A stretch of 63,670 nt of DNA, filler included, from Octopus bimaculoides (GCF_001194135.2; 8 parts of 8 records of this genome joined end to end with filler, not necessarily neighbours in it); one strand, 5' to 3'. Shown: positions 49,800-62,021, counted from the whole stretch's first letter. Numbers and translations are program-made. The notes: a model not told the origin generated them from the letters alone.

Positions 49800-50118
49800 C
49801 AAGTAAGAACCACACTGGACTACAGCTAATCATCCTCTAGACAGTTTCTAAGAAGGCTAGTGAATTGACGGACTTCAACCACAGACAGATACACTGATTC
49901 GAAAGATTCTGAATGTGGTCGCTTGACCTGCTAGAAAAAGCAGTCAAATCTCTAATAAATTACACCCAACCATTTTTCAAAAGAGAGGGTCACTGGATAA
50001 TGTATTCCTAAACATGTAATGACCGGTAGAAATACGAGGTAGTCATGGCTGGAATGCCTTTGATGATGGTCCTACTCGATCTGGATTGAACTGGTACTAA
50101 ACAATAACATCAACAACA
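49800..50118 (+). mobile_element. Interspersed repeat family H
   Basis: GCTTGACCTGCTAGAAAAAGCAG..CATGGCTGGAATGCCTTTG..CTAAACAATAACATCAACAAC; related to 13395-13590. Confidence 0.45.
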
Positions 50119-50417
50119 ACACTGTTTCTTCTTTGCAAGTTCTGTCATACAAAACGGTCCGTTATCCTCGCAAGTAACTAGTTGGATGCAAGCTCTACCA
50201 GGTCCACTTCTCTCACACGTCTCTCGTTCTCTTGTCACTCTGTTCGAGTTTGTCTGTCGAATGTCCACTTACGAATGTTAAAGCTGAATGCCAACTTCCA
50301 TCAATCTCACCAAACACGGATACCCTTTTCTGACTAAACGATAGAATATATACACGTCTGTCTCTATATCTATTTGTCCGTCGGTCCGTCGGTCTGTCTG
50401 TCTGTCTGTCTGTCTGC

Positions 50418-50497
<80 letters not shown>

Positions 50498-52019
50498 TAA
50501 ACTATCTTTCTGTCCGTCTGCCTATCTGTCTATCTTTCTCACTCTGTCTGTCTGTCTGTCTGTCTGTCTCTCGTTCACCCCCTCTCTCTATTCCCTTATG
50601 GTTGACCACAGAATTCAACGAAGACTATCTTTTCCTTCAGTTGTAAATTCTTTGACCAACTCCTTCCATAATGAAGCCATTGATGACGTCCTAAAAACGA
50701 GTATCAACTGCACAGATGACCAGAGAATCGTGATTGTTACCGCCTAAGCTCTACCTTTCGTGTCCCTTCACGAGCAAAGAAACTACGAGTGTGACTGTAC
50801 TTCGTCGTCTTAGATGCTGTTGATACGTTGACCACTGCAACAACAACGACCTCACTTTTAGATACATGATCCATGATTCACACTTCAGAAAAAGATATTG
50901 AAGATTTATAATGGCGGTGAATTTTCACATTTTCCAATATCGTTGTCTAAGCAGTGAAAGAGATAAACCCAGCAGCAGGAATGGCCAAAGTCGAATGTTA
51001 CCGTCACCCAGCTTCAGAAAACAATCGGAAACTCACTTTATTAGAAACCAGTTAGCGCCAAAAAGGCTGTGGCAAAACGTCTCATGTATATACACACACA
51101 TACATATATATATATATANNNNNNNNNNNNNNNNNNNNNNNNNNNNNNNNNNNNNNNNNNNNNNNNNNNNNNNNNNNNNNNNNNNNNNNNNNNNNNNNNN
51201 NNNNNNNNNNNNNNNNNNNNNNNNNNNNNNNNNNNNNNNNNNNNNNNNNNNNNNNNNNNNNNNNNNNNNNNNNNNNNNNNNNNNNNNNNNNNNNNNNNNN
51301 NNNNNNNNNNNNNNNNNNNNNNNNNNNNNNNNNNNNNNNNNNNNNNNNNNNNNNNNNNNNNNNNNNNNNNNNNNNNNNNNNNNNNNNNNNNNNNNNNNNN
51401 NNNNNNNNNNNNNNNNNNNNNNNNNNNNNNNNNNNNNNNNNNNNNNNNNNNNNNNNNNNNNNNNNNNNNNNNNNNNNNNNNNNNNNNNNNNNNNNNNNNN
51501 NNNNNNNNNNNNNNNNNNNNNNNNNNNNNNNNNNNNNNNNNNNNNNNNNNNNNNNNNNNNNNNNNNNNNNNNNNNNNNNNNNNNNNNNNNNNNNNNNNNN
51601 NNNNNNNNNNNNNNNNNNNNNNNNNNNNNNNNNNNNNNNNNNNNNNNNNNNNNNNNNNNNNNNNNNNNNNNNNNNNNNNNNNNNNNNNNNNNNNNNNNNN
51701 NNNNNNNNNNNNNNNNNNNNNNNNNNNNNNNNNNNNNNNNNNNNNNNNNNNNNNNNNNNNNNNNNNNNNNNNNNNNNNNNNNNNNNNNNNNNNNNNNNNN
51801 NNNNNNNNNNNNNNNNNNNNNNNNNNNNNNNNNNNNNNNNNNNNNNNNNNNNNNNNNNNNNNNNNNNNNNNNNNNNNNNNNNNNNNNNNNNNNNNNNNNN
51901 NNNNNNNNNNNNNNNNNNNNNNNNNNNNNNNNNNNNNNNNNNNNNNNNNNNNNNNNNNNNNNNNNNNNNNNNNNNNNNNNNNNNNNNNGTATGTATGTAT
52001 GTATGTATGTATGTATGTA

Positions 52020-52372
52020 TTTCTCCATCATCAGTCTTCTCTGCCCACTATTCCTAGGAGGGTTGTGAGGATAGAATCCTCCGATACTTACTCTGTAGAA
52101 GCCTATCACAAGCAACCGTCATTAGAATATCTGGGTGGATTTTCAAGTGTGACCAACTGAGTCTATGGATATCATCCATGCATCCCGTTCTCGGTCTACT
52201 CCTTGGTCTCCTGCCGGTTGGCTTGTCTTGTCGGATGCTGGAGCTGCGCCAACTCCTCAAATTCTACTACCTAATTCAGCCTCCTGCTTTTCATCATTCG
52301 TAAATATGGTCCCAAGATACTTAAACTTCTCCACTCGTCTCAGTGGTGTTCCACAAACATCCAGAGTAAACA
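52020..52372 (-). pseudogene. RTE-clade LINE 3' fragment with internal deletion
   Basis: LDVCGTPLRRVEKFKYLGTIFTNDEKQEAELGSRI joined to KPTGRRPRSRPRTGCMDDIHRLSWSHL..VACDR; followed on its own strand by (TACA)n. Confidence 0.75.
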
Positions 52373-52441
52373 ATGCATACATATTATCAACAATGTGTAT
52401 ATATTGTGTATGAAAGATGAAAGATAGATGGCAATTTTACT

Positions 52442-52506
<65 letters not shown>

Positions 52507-52575
52507 NNNNNNNNNNNNNNNNNNNNNNNNNNNNNNNNNNNNNNNNNNNNNNNNNNNNNNNNAGAGAGAGAGGGG

Positions 52576-52609
<34 letters not shown>

Positions 52610-53139
52610 TTTTGTGGGTGTGTATATAAATCGAATTAACGTACATTCTCTGGTCTTTGACATTTTTATTTATAATGTCGCTCTTTCTATATAATATCAA
52701 TGATAAACCAGGAAGCTGAAACAGAGCGATGCTCAAATATCGTCTGTCTGCTAAATACCATAAGCAACTCATGCTACAGAACTCCTGTTTATGACTGGTG
52801 TATATTTGGAGTTCAACATTAGATATTTCATAATAGTTTTCTGGGTCTAGGTGCAGGACACCACCTTCTCGCATTTATAGTAAATATAATATTTCTTTGA
52901 TGGCTATTGAGTAGCGTGTTCTAAATGCAGTCATTAATTTACTCCCTTTCTTGTCTAATCTTGCTATTTCATCTTCCATTTGCAACTGTAAGTAATGACT
53001 GAAACGGTATTGACACCTATTGACTTACTATTGGTATTTTGCGCTATTTTGAGTTTAAATATAATGTGTCTTTAGTATCACATCCATATCTTTTCTTTCA
53101 GTAGTGTGTGCCATGTACTTTAGTTTATTAACAAGTATT

Positions 53140-53482
53140 TACTCTTTTACTCTTTTACTTGTTTCAGTCTTTTGACTGTGGCCATGCTGGAGCACCGCCT
53201 TTAGTCGAGCAAATCGACCCCAGGACTTATTCTTTGGAAGCCTAGTACTTATTCTATCGGTCTCTTTTGCCGAACCGTAAAGTTACGGGGACATAAACAC
53301 ACCAGCATCGGTTGTCAAGCGATGTTGGGGGGACAAACACAGACATACAAACACATACACACATACATATATATATATATACATATATACGACAGGCTTC
53401 TTTCAGTTTCCGTCTACCAAATCCACTCACAAGGCATTGGTCGGCCCGAGGCTATAGTAGAAGACACTTGCCCAAGATGCCA
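53140..53482 (-). mobile_element. SINE family A, young copy with truncated head
   Basis: Homologous to 22805-23195. Confidence 0.85.
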
Positions 53483-53599
53483 GTCTATGTTTGGTCTAAT
53501 TCTCTTTATTCCAGTTTCATTATTTTCTATTTTATTAGTTTCTTTTTTGTTCATTTCTTTTTTTTTTTTCAATTTTGCTGTTCGGCATAATTTTCTAAA

Positions 53600-54867
53600 C
53601 TGTGAATCCATGTACTGTATACACAAGTGTTTCCAGTTAATTAAATTCTGCAATTTTTTTCAATTAGTTCTGTAGAATAAAAATGGAAGTCATCTACAAA
53701 CAAACGATAATTGATTCTCTCTCATTCCCGAACGTATCAATGCGAGTTTTGTGTAAGTTTAGCATGTTGGTTAAAGTTGTTAGCACTAGGTAGACAAGAG
53801 GCCCCTTTTAATATTCCTTTTTTGATTGAGATACGGCTAGTTTTCTATTTCTGTCTTTTGTTTGTATCTGCAGAATCATTTATTCATAACATATTTTATG
53901 GATCTGCTTATTGTCGATACTAACTTACAACCCAAACAACTGAAGAAAACTTCGAAGGAGATAGGCATGGTAGTTGAAACCAGATCAATCTGGCTGTGGT
54001 TAATAAAACAAAATTAAAAAACCGCAAATGGAACCTTTTCGCAGGTAAAGCGTATAGGCTAAGGAGCGAAACGGTTTGAACCTGTGATGCCGACATCGTG
54101 ATGGATTCAGAAGGAAAGCTTACAATACTTTTGAGTAGCTTCTTCAGTTTCTGCAATACTTTTGAGTAGCTTCTGCAGTTTCCGATATTTATTTCACATG
54201 GCTAATGTTTTCAGAATCGATGTGAGGCGAACATTGCCCAAAGCATTCTTACAAACAATGTATGTAACACATAACCCTTCTTTCTCTTTCAACAATTTTT
54301 GATTATCGCTTTACTACACAACAATTGATCATAACAGCCAAGAGAGCGTTAACAGTATACCATCATGCGAAACTCGTGTAGCCATCTCTTCTTCTTTCTC
54401 CAGTTGCAAGCAAACAGGAGAAATGCTTGATTTGCATATCTTCTTCTACTGTTTCCCTTAGTGTATAGTCATAAAAGGATCGTTTCCTTCCTGTGCAATC
54501 AAAATTTTTAAGACTCTCTTCACCTCACCGAAACTTCGGAAACCAATTCTGTACTGAGTGAACAGGAACCGATCCTTGACCAAATGTTTGGTTGATGCAT
54601 CGTGCAGTTTCAGAAGCAGTCTTCATCAGTTTGTACTCATAAAGAAAAACCACACGAAAGTCGTTTTTGCCTGTGCTGTGGCTCGGATTGATTAATACAA
54701 TCTGTAAAAAGCAAAAAATGGAAGCATAAGATCTTGAAATTTTTTAAATAAACGTATACTGTATGTAAGATGCCACGGTATACTCTATTTCTACAATGCA
54801 ACTTTCTTTATTCGTTGACGAGCATCAGTAGTCTAAACAACGCCATTACTTTCTGACCGACCAAATA
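53600..54867 (-). pseudogene. Decayed mariner element with left TIR and HTH region
   Basis: NDFRVVFLYEYKLMKTASETARCINQTFGQGSVPVHSVQNWFPKFR*GEESL (54668-54520); TIR TATTTGGTCGGTCAGAAAGTAATGGCG resembles mariner TTAGGTTGGTGCAAAAGTAATTGCG; weak C-terminal match near 53600-53710. Confidence 0.8.
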
Positions 54868-54883
54868 AACACGTACACACACA

Positions 54884-54945
<62 letters not shown>

Positions 54946-55000
54946 TCATATATCCGAAAAAGAAGCACATTTTAAAGCATAGAGCAGTAATGTATTTATA

Positions 55001-55585
55001 TGCAGTTAAGTCTATGTCCGGTCGCAGAGTGACCAATGGTTTTGCATCCACAAAAGGCCTAGCCCCATGGACGGCTCGTCAGACATATAACTCTTCAACT
55101 ATGGGAGGCAAGAATCCGTTACCGTCAATTAGCTTATAAGTAACCAAAGATAAACAATCTGGGTCGGTGAGGATGGGTAATCTCCCTTAGACCAGTTCAT
55201 GTAGACTAAAATGGAGAACAGGGAATTTTGCCCTTGGGTTGTTTTAAGTTCGTATGGACCTTCCCGGATCTAATCGATAAACGGGGAATCCCATGCTTGT
55301 AGCAGGTAGCATTTGAAATGGATGCAGGGACTGTAAAATTCCTGGTGAGAATTCAGTAACTCTGGAGGATCCTTGCTCGCTTAGCCATGCAAAGCTTGCT
55401 GCGTCCGCCGGATTGTTTATTATTTGGTTACTTACTAACAAACTGATCGTAACGGATTCCTGCCTTCCAGTGCTGAAGAGTTATATGTCTTCGGCTTTAG
55501 AGTCTGACGAGCCGTCCATGGGCCTAGACACTTTATAGATGTGAAACCATTGGTCACTCTATGACCGAACATAGACTTAGCTGCA
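55001..55585. mobile_element. 585-bp MITE with long (~160-175 bp) imperfect TIRs and TA flanks
   Basis: 55001-55159 is the reverse complement of 55411-55585 apart from substitutions and one ~14-nt indel; TA|TGCAG...CTGCA|TA. Confidence 0.85.
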
Positions 55586-56082
55586 TATATATATATAATA
55601 CAAATGATATGTGAGCATATGCATATGTACATACATATATGTACATACCTACATCTACATATATATATAGATGCATATCCGGGTACAGGCCTAAAAAAAA
55701 ACGTGGACAAAAAGGAACGGGAACATAAACAAAGCACAAAAAACGAACTTTTTTTACGGACAACAGAATGAACACATAGGAAAACAGACAAGCCACGTAT
55801 GGAACTTTTCCTTCATCAGCTGCCTCTGTTCTAAACTAGGCGTTTCGAAGATGAGGCAGAACGCGCTCTTAGAATAGCTCTTCTCGCGAAGCAGATTAAG
55901 TGAAACCTGCTATGCGGAGGATTCCAAAGTAGCAAACAGGAACCAACACAGGGGTTAACAAACGTTGAGGGCCGTCAAGCCGAATGAGATGAGATACTGA
56001 ACGCTGTGATGTAACGAACTTGAGCAGAGAGAGATAGCAATTCGTGTTGCCTTTATGTTGGCCGAATGGAGAAAGGAAGAAC

Positions 56083-56128
56083 GAGAAGATGGATTTGGTA
56101 TTAAGTTTAATACCAAATCCATCTTCTC
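56083..56128. repeat. Perfect 22-bp inverted repeat with a 2-nt spacer
   Basis: GAGAAGATGGATTTGGTATTAA-GT-TTAATACCAAATCCATCTTCTC. Confidence 0.95.
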
Positions 56129-56280
56129 ATTATTTAATATTATTACTCCAACTGACACTGCGGAATTCCTGAAGTAGATACAACAGAAATATACCACGAC
56201 TGCGGGTGAAAACAGGAAGCCTAAAACTGTGCCAGTGCTCTACTCAACACTTAAGCACACTAATCGACTTATACCTATCA

Positions 56281-56656
56281 GTCCATACATTTCAATGCCA
56301 GGCTTGTTTGCGGGCCTCTTGGCGAGCGTCTACTGCAACTGGCAACAAAACGGGAGAATTCCTGCTTTGGTTTGTCGAGGAGTAGTGGCTTTGCTAATAA
56401 AGAACCCAAACAAGGGGGGGGGCGTGATAGGGAACTTTAGGCCCATCACTCTGCTCAATGCAGAGTTGAAGATTTTGGTCAAGGTGCTAGCCAAGAGGTT
56501 GGCGCTTGTCGTGGGCAAGCTGATCGGCAAGGCACAGACATGCGCCGTACCGACCAGGTCTATCCACGATAACCTCCATCTCATGCGCTACATCATAGAG
56601 AGGGTGGGTAACGAAGCTGGCGAGGGTGGGGCTTTGATCAATTTAGATCAGTCTAA
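56281..56656 (+). pseudogene. L1/Tx1-clade reverse-transcriptase N-terminal fragment
   Basis: NFRPITLLNAELKILVKVLAKRL..AQTCAVPTRSIHDNLHLMRYII..GALINLDQSK, broken just before AFDRV. Confidence 0.85.
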
Positions 56657-56826
56657 ATATATCCTACGTATTTTACGTGGGATATGGGCAGTTCCCATGA
56701 GCACTATCTTTTGAATTTCTGCCATTTTGGGGTTTCTTGGTATCTGAGCTAGGTAGCAATCAGCACCTTTTGCTATCATTCCTCGGGCACGTATGACAAT
56801 AGGTATTGTTTTAGTCTTCAGGTTCA
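56657..56826 (-). pseudogene. R4/Dong-like LINE C-terminal coding fragment
   Basis: NLKTKTIPIVIRARGMIAKGADCYLAQIPRNPKMAEIQKIVLMGTAHIPRKI fits IPVVIGALG..QK..L.GTAHILRK. Confidence 0.8.
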
Positions 56827-56857
56827 TCATCATGATCACCATGATCATCATTATTAC

Positions 56858-56893
<36 letters not shown>

Positions 56894-56896
<3 letters not shown>

Positions 56897-57060
56897 GGCG
56901 ACTAGCTGACAGAATCCTTAGATCGGGCGAGCTCCGCCGAGGTCGACTTAGTCTCTCATTCTTTAGGGGTCGATTAAATAAGTGCCAGTTACGCACTGGC
57001 GTCGATGTAATCGACTTAATCCCTTCCTCCAAATTTCAGGCCTTGCTTCCAGTAGAAAGA
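56894..57060 (+). mobile_element. SINE family D, internally deleted, flanked by (TAT)n
   Basis: TAAGGCGACTAGCTGACAGAATC..CCGCCGAGGTCGAC..TAGAAAGAA. Confidence 0.75.
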
Positions 57061-57079
57061 ATTGTTGTTGTTGTTGTTG

Positions 57080-57146
<67 letters not shown>

Positions 57147-57266
57147 NNNNNNNNNNNNNNNNNNNNNNNNNNNNNNNNNNNNNNNNNNNNTTAATTAATT
57201 AANNNNNNNNNNNNNNNNNNNNNNNNNNNNNNNNNNNNNNNNNNNNTCTATCAGTCTCTCTACCTA

Positions 57267-57297
<31 letters not shown>

Positions 57298-58947
57298 ATT
57301 TATTTTTCTGTCTGTCTGTCTATCTATCTGTCTGTGTGTGTATCCATCTATCTATTTTTCTATCTATCTGTTTGTGTCTATCTATCCTATGTGTGTGCCT
57401 TTGTATTTACATACATACCTCTATCCATCCATCCATCCATAGATAGATGGATGGATGGATGGATGGATGGATGGATGGATGGATGGATGGATGGATAGGT
57501 AGGCAGGTAGAAAGAAACAAATACAGCTCAGTATTTTGTTTGGGCGAGGCTGGAAGATTCTCTATTCCTATTCTTGGTGACAGCTTGTCCGTCTGTCCAT
57601 GTGATTCCTGTTATAATTTCAAAATCCCTGGTCACACTTTCTTTGGTGAAACTCAAATGACCATCCCTAACAGGAATAACATTTAGGCCACTTCCTGTGA
57701 CACTCAAATCCTTTCTTTTGTCCCCAACACCTTTAACCACCACCTCCTCCTCCCCTCCCCCTCCTCTTCTTTTTCTTCTTCTTCTTCTCTTCCTCCTCCT
57801 ACTTCTCTGTAAAACACTATTCTCTCTGTCCCTCATTTACTCTTTCATCATACCGCCTCTCTCTCTTTCTCTTTGTCTCTCTTCCTCCTCTCTTCGTCTC
57901 TCTCTCTTCCTCCTCTCTTCGTCTCTCTCTCTCTTCCTCCTCTCTTCGTCTCTCTCTCTTCTTTCTCACTCCCTCCGCTCTCTCTTTCACTTTTTTCTCC
58001 TCTCTCCCTCTTTCTTCCTCTCTCTCTCACTCTCTTTCTCTCTCTCTACCTCCCTCTCTCTCTCTCTCTCTCTCTCACTCTCTCACTTTCTCTCCCTCCC
58101 TCTTATTCCATAAATGGTTTCATGCAACTTAGAATTATTTCATTGCCATAATAAACTATATTTAAAAACCTTGCTTTCAAGTTGATTTTTTTTTTTATTG
58201 CCACTTGATGTTTTATTGTTAACAGGTTATTTTGGTGGGGATGGGGGTGGGGNNNNNNNNNNNNNNNNNNNNNNNNNNNNNNNNNNNNNNNNNNNNNNNN
58301 NNNNNNNNNNNNNNNNNNNNNNNNNNNNNNNNNNNNNNNNNNNNNNNNNNNNNNNNNNNNNNNNNNNNNNNNNNNNNNNNNNNNNNNNNNNNNNNNNNNN
58401 NNNNNNNNNNNNNNNNNNNNNNNNNNNNNNNNNNNNNNNNNNNNNNNNNNNNNNNNNNNNNNNNNNNNNNNNNNNNNNNNNNNNNNNNNNNNNNNNNNNN
58501 NNNNNNNNNNNNNNNNNNNNNNNNNNNNNNNNNNNNNNNNNNNNNNNNNNNNNNNNNNNNNNNNNNNNNNNNNNNNNNNNNNNNNNNNNNNNNNNNNNNN
58601 NNNNNNNNNNNNNNNNNNNNNNNNNNNNNNNNNNNNNNNNNNNNNNNNNNNNNNNNNNNNNNNNNNNNNNNNNNNNNNNNNNNNNNNNNNNNNNNNNNNN
58701 NNNNNNNNNNNNNNNNNNNNNNNNNNNNNNNNNNNNNNNNNNNNNNNNNNNNNNNNNNNNNNNNNNNNNNNNNNNNNNNNNNNNNNNNNNNNNNNNNNNN
58801 NNNNNNNNNNNNNNNNNNNNNNNNNNNNNNNNNNNNNNNNNNNNNNNNNNNNNNNNNNNNNNNNNNNNNNNNNNNNNNNNNNNNNNNNNNNNNNNNNNNN
58901 NNNNNNNNNNNNNNNNNNNNNNNNNNNNNNNNNNNNNNNNNNNNNNN

Positions 58948-59142
58948 AGGTTTCTTATTTCTTTATTGCCCATAAGGGGCTAAACACAGAGGGGACAAAC
59001 AAGGACAGACATACAGATTAAGTCGATTAGATCGAACCCAGTGCGTAACTGGTACTTATTTAATCGACTTAATCTGTATGTCTGTCCTTGTTTGTCCCCT
59101 CTGTGTTTAGCCCCTTATGGGCAATAAAGAAATAAGAAACCT
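58948..59142. repeat. Perfect 82-bp inverted repeat (58948-59029 / 59061-59142) made of SINE-D-type tail sequence, abutting an N gap
   Basis: Arms checked base by base; 31-nt spacer. Confidence 0.9.
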
Positions 59143-59189
59143 CAGCACGCCGGGCGAAATGCTTAGCGGTATTTCATTCATCTTCATGT

Positions 59190-59345
59190 TTGTCATCGCC
59201 ATTGCCTAATGTCCACTTTCCATGCTGGCATGGGTTACACTGTTTGACATGGAGCTGGCTAGAAGTGAGCTGTCCAGACTCCTACTGTCTCTTGAGGCAT
59301 GGTTTCTATGGCTGGATACCCTTCCTAATGGCCACCACTTTTACA
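59190..59345 (-). mobile_element. Decayed RTE-tailed family E copy
   Basis: CACTTTCCATGCTGGCATGGG..GGCTGGATACCCTTCCTAA. Confidence 0.6.
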
Positions 59346-59349
59346 GAGT

Positions 59350-59528
59350 GGGAGGGAACTAGTCGATTACATCAACCCCAGTGTTTCACTGGTACTTAAT
59401 CTATCAACCTCAAAAGGATGAAAGGCAAAGTCAACGTCCGTGAAATTTGGACTCAGAACATAATGACGGGAGAAATATTGCTCAGCATTTTGTCGAGTGT
59501 GCTAACGATTCTGCCAGCTTGCCACCTT
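59350..59528 (-). mobile_element. SINE family D
   Basis: AGTCGATTACATCAACCCCAG..AAAGGCAAAGTCAAC..CTGCCAGCTTGCCACCTTA. Confidence 0.75.
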
Positions 59529-59532
59529 AATA

Positions 59533-59636
<104 letters not shown>

Positions 59637-60098
59637 NNNNNNNNNNNNNNNNNNNNNNNNNNNNNNNNNNNNNNNNNNNNTTAATTAATTAANNNNNNNN
59701 NNNNNNNNNNNNNNNNNNNNNNNNNNNNNNNNNNNNGTGTACATTTGTATGTATGCTGCATATTCATGTGTTTGTGTGTGTATGTTTGCATGTGTGTGTG
59801 TACCTCTATCTCCTTGTGTGTGCATGTCTGAGTGTGTGTGTGTGTGTGTGTATGGGTTTTTGTGTCTATGTACTGTGTTTGTATGTATGGATGTGTATCT
59901 CCATATGTGTGGACGTATGTCTCCATATGTGTCCTTGTGCGAAGTGAAGTGTGTGTGCATATGGTCATGTGTTTCAGTCCTCATTATTTGCGTATGTGTG
60001 TGTATGTATGCCTGTCTGTTCATATCACCTATGTACCTATCCATCTGTATGTCTATTTGTTTACTTTCATATCCATTTGCCTGCATACATTAGCATAT

Positions 60099-60168
<70 letters not shown>

Positions 60169-60235
60169 CTATATAACAGCCCACTAACCACCTGTATATA
60201 GATATAAACTGTGGGTATGGGGGTATGATTATCTA

Positions 60236-60525
60236 CTACATATATTTCCTATTTAGTACTGGGGATGTTTCACTTATGAGGATGTACTCCTGTATTTGTC
60301 TGAGTGTTGGGTCCTTTGGGTACTTGGATAAAATGCAGGTGTCAAGTTGACCCAGATTGCCTCCATGTTGGTAGAGTTTTTTGTCATCATATTGTCTCAA
60401 ATGTTCGTTTATTCTTTCTGCAATGCTCCTAGATGTCTTCCCTATGTGTGTCACGTTGATGTCTTTACAAGCACTTTCTATACATCTTATGCTATAAACT
60501 ACATTTCTAGTTCTACAGTTAATGC
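60236..60525 (-). pseudogene. Penelope-like GIY-YIG endonuclease fragment
   Basis: INCRTRNVVYSIRCIESAC..HIGKTSRSIAERINEH..RQIQEYILISETSPVLN. Confidence 0.8.
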
Positions 60526-60527
60526 GA

Positions 60528-60727
60528 GGGAAACCGACTCTGTAGTACAAATGTCTTATTTTCATTAGTTCTGAATTAAAATCTTCCACCAAACCTTAGT
60601 CACAATTTATTTTCCTAACACTAGCTTAATGATAACTAAGTTGTTTTACTAAATTCTTTGTTATATTTAAAATTAATTGCAAGAAACACAGAGCATCTCA
60701 ACAGATATCTGGTAACAAAAGGGTTAA
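60528..60727. mobile_element. Probable piggyBac-type MITE, right end only
   Basis: Ends GGTAACAAAAGGG|TTAA, the same terminal class as 29707-29844; left TIR not found. Confidence 0.4.
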
Positions 60728-60825
60728 TGCATTGCCATGTTTGGCCTGGCAGAAATGCCATGATGCACATTTGCAGACATGGCTTCAGGTCATCAAAGTA
60801 GACCTCACTTTGATCATTAGCTCAG

Positions 60826-61071
60826 GTATCTGCTGTATCACTCAATGAAATGCAAAGTATTTGCTGTATCACTCAAGTATCTGCTGTATCACTCAATGAA
60901 ATGCAAAGTATTTGCTGTATCACTCAAGTATCTGCTGTATCACNNNNNNNNNNCTCAATGAAATGCAAAGTATTTGCTGTATCACTCAAGTATCTGCTGT
61001 ATCACTCAATGAAATGCAAAGTATTTGCTGTATCACTCAAGTATCTGCTGTATCACTCAATGAAATGCAAA
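60826..61071. repeat. 51-bp tandem repeat (~4.6 visible units, probably collapsed at a 10-N gap) built from two related TAT(C/T)TGCTGTATCACTCAA subunits
   Basis: GTATCTGCTGTATCACTCAATGAAATGCAAAGTATTTGCTGTATCACTCAA repeated essentially without change. Confidence 0.9.
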
Positions 61072-61641
61072 GAGGTTTGAAGATTTATCTGACTTAGCTG
61101 CCAACAGATGTAGTTTCATTTGAATTAGTTGTTTAAATCTTTAATGTTGAATATTGATATAAGTACAAAGTTGTTGATTAAGATTTCAGCCTATCTAGTT
61201 CTATTTTTCCTCAACTCTGGTTGAAAAAGATTACTGCTCCTTAGTCTGGATTCCCAAACATCCCTTGGCAAATGTATCTTCAAAAGACTTTCCTCAAAAC
61301 AGTAATCTCAGTTATCGACCTAAAGTTACTTGGAATGAATCCAGTCCCTTGGAATAGATCCAAAATACAGAAGACAGGGGTGCACTGTCATTTATATTAG
61401 GAAAGATACTGCCAAGTTCTCAAAGCAATATATAATAATAGATTTGACTTTAAAGTATCCTGTTAATTAATTCTTCACTTAAAATAACCAGAACCACTGT
61501 AGTGGTAAATATTTATCTTTTTCTTGTGTTTTTAAAGCCTGGCTACCCATCTTCAGCATGGTATAACCTGTGTAGTGCAGCCGACAATCCCAAGGATCTG
61601 TCATCTGCAAAATACACACACACACACACTCTCACTCTCTT

Positions 61642-61672
<31 letters not shown>

Positions 61673-61678
61673 GTCTCT

Positions 61679-61718
<40 letters not shown>

Positions 61719-61839
61719 CACACTTGGAAAAAGAAGCAATATGACATACACTGCTTTCTATGAACAAAGACCTAAGAAACATCATCTCGTTGCAGCACGA
61801 CAGCCTAGCCTTCCTTAAGAACTCCAAAATACTTTAATG

Positions 61840-62003
61840 AGCGCAGGTCGTGGCTGTGTGGTAAGTAGCTTGCTTACCAACCACATGGTTCCGGGTTCAG
61901 TCCCACTGCGTGGTACCTTGGGCAAGTGTCTTCTACTATAGCCTCGAGCCAGCCAAAGCCTTGTGAGTAGATTGGGTAGACGGAAGCTGAAAGAAGACCA
62001 TCA
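61840..62003 (+). mobile_element. SINE family A, head half
   Basis: GCAGGTCGTGGCTGTGTGGTAAGTAGCTTGCTTACCAACCACATGGTTCCGGGTTCAGTCCCAC. Confidence 0.85.
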
Positions 62004-62021
62004 TATATATGTATGTATATA

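Noticed and set aside
54590-54636. CUGAUGA-AGA..UCU-GAAA on the minus strand
   Set aside because: Lies inside mariner coding sequence and lacks helix I; most likely coincidence
55785-55825. Hammerhead candidate on the minus strand (CUGAUGA-A-GGAA AAG UUCC)
   Set aside because: Canonical first core and helix II are present, but GAAA reads AUA, the cleavage-site base would be G and helix I pairs poorly; at best a decayed relic
60826-61071. CRISPR-like array
   Set aside because: The spacers are identical; this is a simple tandem repeat
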